A stretch of DNA of 63,716 nucleotides, the filler included, from Olpidium bornovanus S191 (Eukaryota > Fungi > Olpidiomycota): assembly GCA_017911155.1 (NCBI GenBank). It is 30 parts of 30 records of this genome, joined end to end, with 100 filler letters (N's around TTAATTAATTAA, not from the genome) between each part and the next. Parts side by side here need not be neighbours in the genome. Positions count along the whole stretch, not along the records: positions 49,489 to 52,137 come from JAEFCI010008620.1; positions 52,238 to 54,081 come from JAEFCI010006701.1; positions 54,182 to 58,214 come from JAEFCI010001663.1; positions 58,315 to 62,545 come from JAEFCI010003159.1; 26 more parts are not named here. The stretch is one strand, 5' to 3'. Both the position numbers and the translations under genes were made by a program. This document shows positions 50,901 through 61,427 of the stretch, piece after piece. Under the pieces are notes generated by a model. It saw nothing but the letters and a program-made list of their open reading frames with translations, was not told where the DNA came from and searched no databases. Positions within the stretch are counted from its first letter, which is position 1, and the number at the start of each line of letters is the position of its first letter.

Positions 50901-50912
50901 GGTTATGAGCCC
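50901..50912 (+). promoter_or_regulatory. Primer-binding site GGTTATGAGCCC (anticodon-arm half of initiator tRNA-Met)
   Basis: Complement of GGGCTCATAACC of fungal tRNA-iMet; this is the copia/Ty5-type half-tRNA priming mode. Confidence 0.85.
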
Positions 50913-51055
50913 AACGGACTGCCACTGTCCGTGAGCACCGCCCTCAGCCCTGCCCGTGAGCCCAACGGGACTGCCCTGACCTGCCCCGCAGCACGCTCCA
51001 TCATCCTCCAAAGAGAGAGCTCGCGCCGTTCGTCGGCGCCGCCAAAAGAAGGAGA

Positions 51056-51262
51056 GCGCGCCATTCGTTGGCGCCGCCGCTGAGGACCAAGTCGAGCCGC
51101 GCGTCATCCGTTGGCGCCGCCGCTGAGGACCGAGTCCAGCCGCGCGCCATCCGTTGGCGCCGCCGCTGAGGACCGAGTCAAGCCACGCGCCATCCGTTGG
51201 CGCCGCCGCTGAAGACCGAGTCGAGCCGCGCGCCATCTGTTGGCGCCGCCGCAGAGGAGCCC
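51056..51262 (+). repeat. 43-bp tandem repeat x5 in the retroelement leader
   Basis: Unit GCGCGCCATCCGTTGGCGCCGCCGCTGAGGACCGAGTCGAGCC at 51056, 51099, 51142, 51185 and 51228. Confidence 0.92.
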
Positions 51263-51585
51263 AGGAGCCCCGGCGCCGCCTCCACAAGTGCAGCAGGAGA
51301 ACGGCGCAGACGAAAGAAGAGCAACCGCTGCCGCGCGCGAATAGGAGCAAAAGAGAAGGAGCGCGCCGTTCGTCAGCGCAGCGGAAGAAGGAGCGCGCCG
51401 TTTGTCGGCGCAGCAGAAGGTTACGCGCCATCGTTAGGAAGAATAAGCCTGCCTCGCCCTCGCTGCCCTTTGAGAAGGGAGCGGGGCCACCGGCAAGTGC
51501 TTGAAACTTGAAACCCCCAGAAAGGGCAGGAGAAAAGAACAACTCCCACCAACGTGTTTTTATTTTCTTTTCCTTGCAAGCAACC

Positions 51586-52137
51586 ATGGACAACCATTCG
51601 GCCTTGCGCGGGGCTCGTCTCACCATTGACCTTCTTGACGAAAGGAACTGGCTTTCCTGGAAAGCAAATATGAGAGCTGTTCTCCTGCGCAAAGGATACT
51701 GGTTCATGGTCACGGGCAAGGAAGAACGCCCGGAGGTGGGCTCTTCGACGCCGGCCCAAAGGAGGGACTGGGCCCTTCAAGACGGAGAAACCTTCCGGGA
51801 AATCTTCCTCCACGTCTCGGATATCTACAAGCAGCTCTTGAACTGATGCGAAACGGAAAAGGACGCATGGGAGACGCTCAGGGCCCATTTCGAGGACGTG
51901 GGCTCAAGCGCAAGACTAGATCTGAAGGCGGACCTGTACACCACAAAGATGGCCCAGACTGAAACATTTGACTGATACCTCTTACGGGTTAAAGAGCAAA
52001 TTTGCAGGCTCCAAGACATGTTGGCGGGTGGGGCAGTAAGCTGGAAGAGCCGCCGACAAGACATCACCGCCACGTCAAGCCTGAAAGCCGAATATATTGC
52101 GCTGGCCAAAGCGACCAAAGAAGCACTCTGGCTGCAA
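51586..52137 (+). mobile_element. Copia gag N-half joined in frame to an RNase H fragment (internally deleted element)
   Basis: LDERNWLSWKANMRAVL..YWFMVTG, KDAWETLRAHF, then ..RLQDMLAGGAVSWKSRRQDITATSSLKAEYIALAKATKEALWL; TGA at 51844 and 51973. Confidence 0.85.
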
Positions 52138-53960
52138 NNNNNNNNNNNNNNNNNNNNNNNNNNNNNNNNNNNNNNNNNNNNTTAATTAATTAANNNNNNN
52201 NNNNNNNNNNNNNNNNNNNNNNNNNNNNNNNNNNNNNCATGGGACAAATTCCGATCGGCCATATCACGGTACATAATGGCCCAAACTGGTTGTTGTTTGG
52301 CTCGTTCGATCAGTCTTGTTGTAAGCTTTCAAACAAACCTAATTTTGGCCAGAATCACTCGACTCTAACGGAGAAGACCGATATCGAAGTTTTGACTGCA
52401 TTCTCCTCCTGTCACAGTGTTGAGCTCTGCATGTGTGCCCAGGTCCTGCGACCCACACGAAGCGTAATTCCAAAACTACACTTGCCTAACCCCAATACAC
52501 CCACTCGTACCACCAACCGAATAAACCTAGAGATCGGAAACGCAAACAGCTGCCCCATCTGCCTCCTGAGCCGTCAGCTCAGGGGTTGTAAGCCCAAAGC
52601 GACTGTTTTTAACATGTGATGTACGTAATCTGCGCACTGCGCGATCTGGAGATTTGTAACCACGAGTCTCTTGCTCTTGGATCTGGTAAGTCTCGCACGT
52701 CCAAAGATACGTGGTGTCTACGTGCGTCTATTAGGCGCGGCCTACAGTTGGCGCCAGAGTGTGCGTGGAGCAGGCCTGCATAGTCGTCTAGGCATGCAAT
52801 ATCCGGTATTTCAACGCCGGCGTTGGCAGCGTGTTCAAAAATATTCCGAATATGATAACATGGGGATAATTCTCCGATGTTACGGCTTAAACTCCTCGGG
52901 CCGGCACGCATTATATGCACTATTCATTTCGGTTTAAAACAAGGTTAAGATCGCGTGTCCGCACAGCTGGACACACTGCAGGGAGGCATGATGACATCAT
53001 GTGATCTCCACATCGGGCGCACTCCGCAGGGCCTCTTGCCTTCGGGCTGTCAGTGACGCCTGCGTAGCGGGCGCACTCGGTGCGGCCGCTTAACCCAGCA
53101 GGAGAAGAACATGGCGCAACCATGATGTCACGGGATTGGCGCAGCGGGTGCACTGGGTGCCGCCGCTTATCTTGCCGCAATGACGGCAGAGCAACTGACT
53201 TCTTGCTTGGCACGGCGACCGTCCTTTAGAAAAAAACTTTGACGGCGATTCACATGCAGGGTAAATGTTCGAGTGACCTCCCCACCGCCCCCAACATATT
53301 GACTCCGAAAAAGTCAAAACAAAACGAAGCGGATTGCAGCCGAGTTGTTGCATCTCGGCGACGACAAAAAGGGGGGTGCCCGGGATATGGAAGGGGCGGC
53401 ATGGCCGCTATTCCAGCGTCCGAGTCTCATCATTCAATATGCGCGTTATCTAGGGGGCCCCGACTATAAATCCAGCTACGTCTTTCTTGGGCCGCCGCCG
53501 CGCGCGCAGATCACACGGCCGATTATTTTGTTGTCGGGCACCGCGTGGAGCGCGATTCCGGGAAAAGAAAACTGTGAACGTTATTAGAGGAACGCGCGGG
53601 GAGGGGACGGCAGCCTGTCCCGCTGGACGGCGACCGAGTATCATCTGTCTGTCTGTCTGTCTGTCTGTCTGCGCGGAGGGGAAGGGGTGGGCGGACGGAG
53701 GCGGCGTCGCGCCCGGGTCTGTCCGGCTTCCCCCGTGAATTTGTGTGGGAGACGGCGGGGGCGCGACTGGCGGCGCGCGGACGGCAGGCCCCGGCCGGGG
53801 CCCCGCGCTGGAGGCCAAGGGTCACCCCCGTCTCCACGGTGCGGTCCTCCCACCGCGCGAATCGAAAAGACCCGAGAGGGGAATTCCGAGACGCAAATAT
53901 GGAAATCCAACGGATGCGCCGTTGCTCGAAACCCCCCCCTGGTTTTCTTTATTTTTTTTT

Positions 53961-54001
<41 letters not shown>

Positions 54002-54181
54002 GCGACCCCCCAAAACGGGCGCGGGGTCTTTCAACCTTTTTCCCCCCTGGGGAGGGACCCCCCGCCCCCCCCCCACTCTCCNNNNNNNNNNNNNNNNNNN
54101 NNNNNNNNNNNNNNNNNNNNNNNNNTTAATTAATTAANNNNNNNNNNNNNNNNNNNNNNNNNNNNNNNNNNNNNNNNNNNN

Positions 54182-54850
54182 AGTGGCGCCCGGTGTCATC
54201 CTCACCAATGTGCATTCAGACTTGATGAGTCTCCCGGTCAAATCCAGGTATGTCATAACCTTTCTGGACGAGGCGTCCCGCTTTGTGCGTGTCTACCTCA
54301 TGAGAAGCAAGAGTGAAAGCCTTGCAGAATACCTCAAGGTTTGAGGAAGGCGGCCGAGAAGCAAGTCAGCAGGGAAATCAAGATGATCCAGACCGATAGA
54401 GTGAGAGAGTAAATGTCCGGTGCATGGGGGTTGCGCAAAAACGGTATCCGGCATCTGGTCACTACTTGAAATTCTTTCCATCAGAACGCCATGGCTGAGC
54501 GAATCAACCAGACCCTTGGAAGCCGGATGCGCGGAATGCTACTTCATCATCACGCACCAAAGGAGTTTTGAGCTGAGGCCATCTCGACCGCGGCGTACCT
54601 TCGTAATCGGTCACCTCATTTGGCAATCGGAAAAACTCCCTTCGAAGTATGGTTCGGCAAACATCCACAGACCAGCCATGTGCAGGTGTTCGGCAGTCTG
54701 GAGTTTATTCGAATTCCGGAGAGCCGCGGGAGGGCGGAAAACTCGGGCATTGAAGCGAGAAGGGAGCTTTGGTCGGCTACTCAGAAGAGAGAAAGTGCTT
54801 GTGTTTTTTGGATCCCCACCACCGCGCGTATTGTTTAGAGCCGCGCCTTT
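54182..54850 (+). mobile_element. Decayed Ty1/copia integrase
   Basis: VHSDL..RYVITFLDEASRFVRVYLMRSKSE, IQTDR, HQNAMAERINQTL and AEAISTAAYLRNRSP..KTPFEVWFGKHP..VFGS, with frameshifts and stops. Confidence 0.9.
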
Positions 54851-55670
54851 CTAAAGCTGATGTTGCTTCAATTCCCCCGAGGGTCCTGTTCTCTGTGTTC
54901 CCGCCGAAAGGTCGGTTGGTTTCCTCTGTCGGACTATCTTCCCCTACATGCCGCGCTTGTCACGTGCATGTCTCGTGACCTCCTCCCGTGGCCCGGTCTT
55001 GCCATCCCGCCCTACTTTTCTGCCCGTCGGAGACTACTAAAGTATCTCCCTGGCCACCTTACCTCTAAGCGGTCGTGTTAAAGGCATACGACATGAGATC
55101 ATCGCCGAGTCTGGCGTCAAGCCGCAAGCCAGCTAACATATCACCTGTCAGGAGTTGAGTTCGCCAAGTTGCGTCGACAATTGAATAAAGCTTCTTGACG
55201 CCGGCCACATCAAACCATCCAAACCTCCCTAAAGGGAAAGTTGAGGGGGGGGGGCATATTTTTCGTAAAGAAGATGGGTTCAGACAAACTGCGGACGTGC
55301 ATGGAATATTGGTAATCCGAACGCCGCCCCTGTCAAGGACGCGACTCCCCTTGTCCATCCTGCGGAGACGAGGCATTCGGCTGGCCGGCTGGGCGCTAGA
55401 CTCGCGTCGTCCCACAGGGCGGAGAGGATTTGGGGAGCACTGTTATTTGCCGGCTTCGCCCAACTTCCCCTGGCCGTGCTCCCTTGGGTCGCCCCCCCTC
55501 CCTTGGCGCGCGACCCAACACACGCAGAAAACCCGCCGCCGCCGCCGCCGCCGCCCGCCCGCCCGCCCCCTTCAAACCCTCCCCGCCCCCGCCCCGCTTT
55601 CCCGCCCACAAGGGGCGCCCCGCGGCGCGAGAGGCAGCAACCCCCTCCTCCGCCCAGCACGCGCACCGCC

Positions 55671-57504
55671 ATGGCCCTCTTCGTTGGTCGGCTTCCGTCG
55701 GAGATCCGCTCGCGCGATCTCGAAGACCTTTTCTACAAGTTCGGGCGCATCATCCGCTGCGACGTAAAGGTAAAACCAAAACAACCAGCAGCGGCGGCGA
55801 AAGCACGAAGGGGCCCGGTCGGGGTGTGCCGCAGCGCACCGTTCATTTCGCAAAGAGGAGAGCGGTGGGAAGCGTTTTTCGCCGCCTCCGTCGGGGCCCT
55901 AAATTCCACCGTTTTTTTTTTTTTTTTTTTGCAGGCAGGGTGGCCTGCTGCACAACTTGTTGTCGCTTACCGCGTTCTTCTTTCCCTCTGTTTTGTCTCT
56001 GCAGCGTGGGGTCAGCTACAGTAAAGTATTGTTCTGCGTACAGCGGGGCTCTGCGTTTTTCCCTCTTCGCTTGGTTTCTAGCCGAAATTGAACGCGCTTT
56101 GAAGGGGCTCTCCGCTCGCCCGTCGCAATCGACTGCCTCGCGCAGCCGCACTAGAAGCCTGCGTTGACGACCGCCACAACCCCGGCTCCATGTGTTTGGC
56201 CAGCGCTTTGATCCACTCCCCAAATCGGTTACCCTCCAAAACAAAAAAGCTTGAAACGGGCAACCGCGGACAACCTGCCTCCTCCCTCTCGTGTTCGCTC
56301 GTGACCGCCCAGCCCGTCGTCGTTTCTGCCGCCCGGCCCTGTCTGCCACGCGCTACCGCTTCGAAATAGGAGATATACGTCGGGCCTCCGAGAAATCTTC
56401 CGCTCTCCGTCTACTCACCATCCCGCGCTGCCGTTCTACCTCTTCCCGTCCTCCTCGCACGTTTTGCCGCTTCTTCCGCTGATGCCGACCTAATCTCGGG
56501 CAATCTCGGAACTCCGGGAATACTTTCGGGTAACGTATCTATCCTCCATACTTCACGTAAACACTTCACCGTCGCTCTCTGCATTCCGGGCGGCTTTTTG
56601 CCGAGATAAGGCTTTGGCTTTGTGGAGTTCGAGGACCGACGTGACGCAGAAGATGCGATCCGCAACCTGGATGGTTCCCGCGTCCAGGGGACCCGCATCG
56701 TCGTAGAATGGGGACGGAGCGGCGGTCCTAGGCGTAAGTTCGCTCCCGCCGGCCTTGTTGTGCGATCCCGTGCTCGTTACAGAAATTTGCTGAGGTCAAT
56801 CTGACGTCCTGCGACTATCTGTCCGATTTCACAGGGAGCCGCCGCAGCCCCCCTCCGCGGTGAGGGGAGGGTCGACATGTTTCGTCGGCTATTTTTTGTT
56901 TCTGGGAGCTAGAGCCTTGTACTATTCGCACGCCTACCGGCTAATCCCCGTCTCGGTTTACAGCCGTCGCACCCCCAGCCCGCGGCGGCACTCTGCGAGC
57001 CCCGACCGCCGCGCGTCTGCGAGCCCGAAGGGCAAGAACGGCGACGAGCGCGACCGTGACCACGATCGCGAGCGCGAGCGCGGCCGTGAACATGAGGGCG
57101 AGCGCGAGCGCGACCGGGACCATGAGCGCGATGGCGAGCGCGGCCGTGACCACGAGCGCGACCGTGGCCACGAGCCCGAGCGCGAGCGCGGCCGTGGCCA
57201 CGAGCGTGATCGTGACCACGAGCCCGAGCGCGAGCGCGGCCGTGACCACGAAGGCGAGCGCGAGCGCGGGCGTGACCGCGAGCGCGAGCGCGACAGCGAC
57301 CGTGACCGTAACCGCGACCGCGATTTTGAACGTGAGCGCGACGGCGATGACGAGCGCCGCAGCGGTCCTTCCCATGGCGCGCGCTCCTCGAGTCCCGCCG
57401 AGGTTAAACGTTCCGTAGGGCCGGCCCTTCGGTCAGATTCCCAGAGCCCCGCCCGTGCCGGAAAAGAGGAACCTTACCGCGAGCCGGAAAATGGCGTTAA
57501 GTGA
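55671..57504 (+). CDS. SR-family splicing factor (single RRM + RS/RD/RE tail), multi-exon
   Basis: [33 protein letters not shown] | RGVSYS | [33 protein letters not shown]; a short terminal exon may follow 57504. Confidence 0.88.
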
Positions 57505-58314
57505 GTGCCATCAACGTCTTTGACCGTCTCCGACGCGAAACGATTCCTGACTGCTCATTTTTATGGTCTTTGTATTCTCCAGTTCGCGCGAAGCGGACAG
57601 CAATTAAAACGCTCAATTTACGGGATTCACCAATCTAAGATTTGAATGAAAAAGAAAACCTACCGGTTCGGTTTTGCTTTTTTACCAGTTTTCATGGGCG
57701 CCGTTCTGCCGCCCTCATGCGACGTCCCCGAGCACTTTGAAATAGAGCCCTCCTGTGTTTAATTTTTTCGATCAGGTTCACTAGTGACTGCGCGGTAAAG
57801 TTGATCGGGCGACGACACTTGAGAATGCCAGTGGTTGTAACCACACCCGAAATACCGCGGAGCAACGTTTTAACTGGCCGACGCCGTCTTCCGGCAGCTT
57901 CAACCGCCGGTCCGAACCCGCCCTCGTTTGGCCACTGGTGTCGACTGGTCACAGAGTAGAAGTTTTGACATATGGAGTCCGGCTGCGGCGCCACCAGTTC
58001 CGGGTACCAGATACATCACGTCCAGCTTGTTTCGGCCAGATCCGATTCTTTATTTCGGATTCATTTTCTTTCGCACATTTTCGCACTGCGACCCATGCTG
58101 CCCTCCGCGCAAAGGATCGCGGACTGCACGTTTCCAAGGGTGAGGCGACCCGTCGAAAATGTGCCGAACCCCAGAACAGACCCGGAAAGGATGGCTCACA
58201 ACCGGAATCGAAGCNNNNNNNNNNNNNNNNNNNNNNNNNNNNNNNNNNNNNNNNNNNNTTAATTAATTAANNNNNNNNNNNNNNNNNNNNNNNNNNNNNN
58301 NNNNNNNNNNNNNN

Positions 58315-58996
58315 GCTGTGTTGGAAAACGGAGCCTGTCCATTGTTGTGTTTGGTGCTTATTGTGCTCTGTGAGTAAACCGGAGGGGAAACGTAACGAGG
58401 CTCTCCTTATATATCCCTCCGTGGCACCCTCCATGGCTCCTTCCATGGCTCCCTCCATGGCTCCTTCCGTGGCACCAAGGCGGTGCGCCGTGGCGGAGAG
58501 GGTCCCCGTGGCGCCATGCCGGGGGGGTCCGCGTGGCGCCGTGATGCCATGGCGAAGGGGGGTCCCTGTGGCAGTCCTCGGGGAGGTCCCCGGGGAGGTC
58601 AGGTCCTCGGGGAGGTCCCCGGGGAGGTCAGGTCCTCGGGGAGGTCCCCGGGGAGGTAGGTATAAACCATCAAATCCTTAGTGATTAGGTTATAAAATAT
58701 AGTGTAAATTATTATGCTCGGGAGGTCCCCGGGGAGGTCAGGTGCGCGGAAAAGTCCCCGGGGAGGTCAGGTCCGCGGAAAGGTCCCCGGGGAGGTCAGG
58801 TCCCCGGGGAGGTCAGGTCCCCGGGGAGGTCAGGTCCCCGGGGAGGTCAGGTCCCCGGGGAGGTCAGGTCCCCGGGGAGATCAGGTCCCCGGGGAGGTCA
58901 GGTCCCCGGGGAGGTCAGGTCCCCGGGGAGGTCAGGTCCCCGGGGAGGTCAGGTCCCCGGGAGGTCAGGTCCCGGGGGAGGTCCCCGGGGACCTCC
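58315..58996 (-). repeat. Dispersed repeat family A, copy 2, with a 17-bp minisatellite (GGGGAGGTCAGGTCCCC, about 11-12 near-perfect units plus variants)
   Basis: Reverse-complement match to 37869-38095; tandem array at about 58580-58990 with an AT-rich interruption. Confidence 0.88.
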
Positions 58997-59060
58997 GCAG
59001 GTTGTGCGCGATGCCGACAAGCGAGAAAGGAATGAAGTGGGGAGGGGCCCAGTCAGCTGC

Positions 59061-59091
<31 letters not shown>

Positions 59092-59116
59092 ACGCACACG
59101 CACACACACACACACA
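59061..59116. repeat. (CA)n / (CACACG)n microsatellite
   Basis: Direct reading. Confidence 0.9.
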
Positions 59117-59287
59117 CTGTACCCCGCACTAGTTCCCATTAGAGCCAAGGCAACTCCAGTACAGTGCCACCTTTTGCCACCCCTTCCTTCCTGCGGAGGC
59201 CGCAAATAATAACAATAATAATGATAATAATAATGCTAATAATAAAGAAGCCGGCCGCAAACAAACATAAATAAAAGGTGCCGGCCA

Positions 59288-59502
59288 CGCGCGATGCCGG
59301 CAAGGTAGGAAGGAGGCGCAGGGCGGCGGCAGGACCCGGTCAGCCGCCACACAACAAACCGTCCCACATTTTATATATAATTGCCTAGGGTAGAGCGGAG
59401 CAGAGTCGGCGAAATGTCAAAAAGATATTTTTTAGGGCTAGTACCTGTGGTAAACCTGGCACTATCTCTGAGAGAGCAAAGTTCACCGATGTATAACAAA
59501 TT
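59288..59502 (+). repeat. Dispersed repeat family B, copy 2
   Basis: Collinear blocks shared with 28751-28972. Confidence 0.75.
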
Positions 59503-59715
59503 ATTTTTTCATACTGAAAGGGGAGTACGAGGTTTGTCGTGTTGTTGAATTGTGTTTGGCGTACGGGTGAAAATTTTGTGGAGTCTCAGCCAGTCGCACC
59601 GTAGTTTGTTTTCCAAGCGCATAATCTGATGCTGACAAAATAAGAGTTTACCAGAAAACCAACCTTCCCTCCCCCCTCTACTACCCCCCCCCCACCACGC
59701 ACCCGAGCTGAAACC

Positions 59716-61427
59716 ATGCGGCCGTCTGCACTCCTGCGGAACGCCGTGGCCTTGCACCTCCTTTTGTCGTCAGCCGTCTGCTACTTCTTCGCCGACACCC
59801 CGTACTCCTGGTTCTACGACCGCGCGCACCGGGCCTTCCCTGCGGAGGACCCCGCGTTCGACCGCCCCGGCGGCGTCGCCTGCAGGGACAGGGGCCTGCG
59901 CTACCTGGCCGACGCCCCGACCCTGTCGCCCGCCGCTCGCCGCCGCCCCGCCGTAGCCGCCGCCTCCCCCTCCGGCGCGGGGAACAGCACGTCGCGGTTC
60001 GGCCGGAATCTTCTCCGTTCCGCGGACCCCTCGGCGGCCGCCGACCGGCACACGCCGCTCGCCGTGGCCGTCCAATCCGTTACTCGGCCAGACGGGGCGT
60101 ACTATCTCGCCGCCACCGTCGGGTCGGTCCTTCGGTCCCTGCGGCATGTGCCGCCGGAGCTGTACCAGCTCTTCGTAGTCAACGGGAACGCCGTCGCTGG
60201 CGACCATGTCCGCGCTCGGAAGCTGGCCGGCTCCGTTCCAATGCTGGAGTACGATCCCGCGGAACTTGCCCGCGTGAACGCCGCTTTCCGCACGGGCAGC
60301 GACGAGGGAGGAGAGCTCCCCCAGCAGAAAAACGAGACGGCCATGTATGCACACATTCTGGACCGCCTGGCGCCCTTGTGCGACTACGCCTTGGTCCTGG
60401 AGGACGACGTCGTCTCGGACGATTCGCTCGCCGACGCCTTGGTCCGTATACTCGGGCCGGATTTCGCCGGGAGGGGTCTCGATTTAGACGATTGGTTGTT
60501 TGTCAAGCTGTACTTCACGGAGCAGTTCTTGGGATTTTCCGGTGAGGCTCACTCCGGGCGGGACGTCTGAAAGGAACGGGGAAAGGGTTGGGGTGGGCGA
60601 TCTACACGAGGGCTGGCGGTGGGAAATTCTGTTGCCAACCCCGTTTGACGAGTTTATTTTCTTCCCGCTCAGAGGCCGACGTACCGTTATTTGTTGTGTT
60701 CTGTTCTCTTTGCGCCATCGCGGCGGACGTTCTCGTCCTTGACCGGCCTTCTCTCTTGTCGTTTTTGACTTCGCGACTGACTTTGCGACTGACCGGGAAG
60801 CTTGTTGCAGTCGACCGTTACGATAAGCGCGACCTCGACTCGGCCGAGCCGGCAGACCGGTTAAGCGAGGCCAAGGTTCACCACACGTCTGCCCGCGCGC
60901 TTCCGTCGTTAGCTCGTCACGCCCTCCCAACCAACTGGCCAGCTACCCCGTCCGCGTCGTCTTGGCGGACAGTCTACCACGCGGGCTTCCCCTGGGCCCC
61001 GGGCTTCGTTCGCCGACTGCCGACCCGGGTCGCGGCCGTTGCGTTCTTTGTCTACACTATCATAGCGGTTCCGCTCATGATTGGCCGACAGAACATCATG
61101 CTCTTCCCGCTGGGCACACCGGTATATTTCCCCCGGGTGCCGGACGGCGTCGCCCCCGGCAAGCTGGTGGAGACGTCGCAGGGTTGCTGCACGCAAGCCA
61201 TGCTCTACAAGTCGTCTGCCATTCCGGAGCTCGTGACCTACCTTTTGAGCGACGACGTCCGCACCCGCCTGCCCGTCGACGTTGCGCTGGACACGTTTGC
61301 GTTCCTGCGGCGACGAAGGACTCTCCTCCACTTTCCAAGTGTGTTCCAGCACATGGGGATCAGGTCCACTGCCGACGACAGGCCTGTTCCGCACATGAGC
61401 GCCTCATTCGAAAAGAGGTGGATTTGA
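59716..61427 (+). CDS. PGAP4/TMEM246-like glycosyltransferase (GT-A fold with inserted TM pair), 2 exons
   Basis: N-terminal TM, VTRPDGAYYLAATVGSVL, YALVLEDD, FVKLY, intron 60542-60672, two hydrophobic segments, SQGCCTQAMLY and PSVFQHMGIRS. Confidence 0.7.

Noticed and set aside
51056-51262. 43-bp array as a CRISPR
   Set aside because: No unique spacers, eukaryotic context, no cas genes; it lies in a copia leader.
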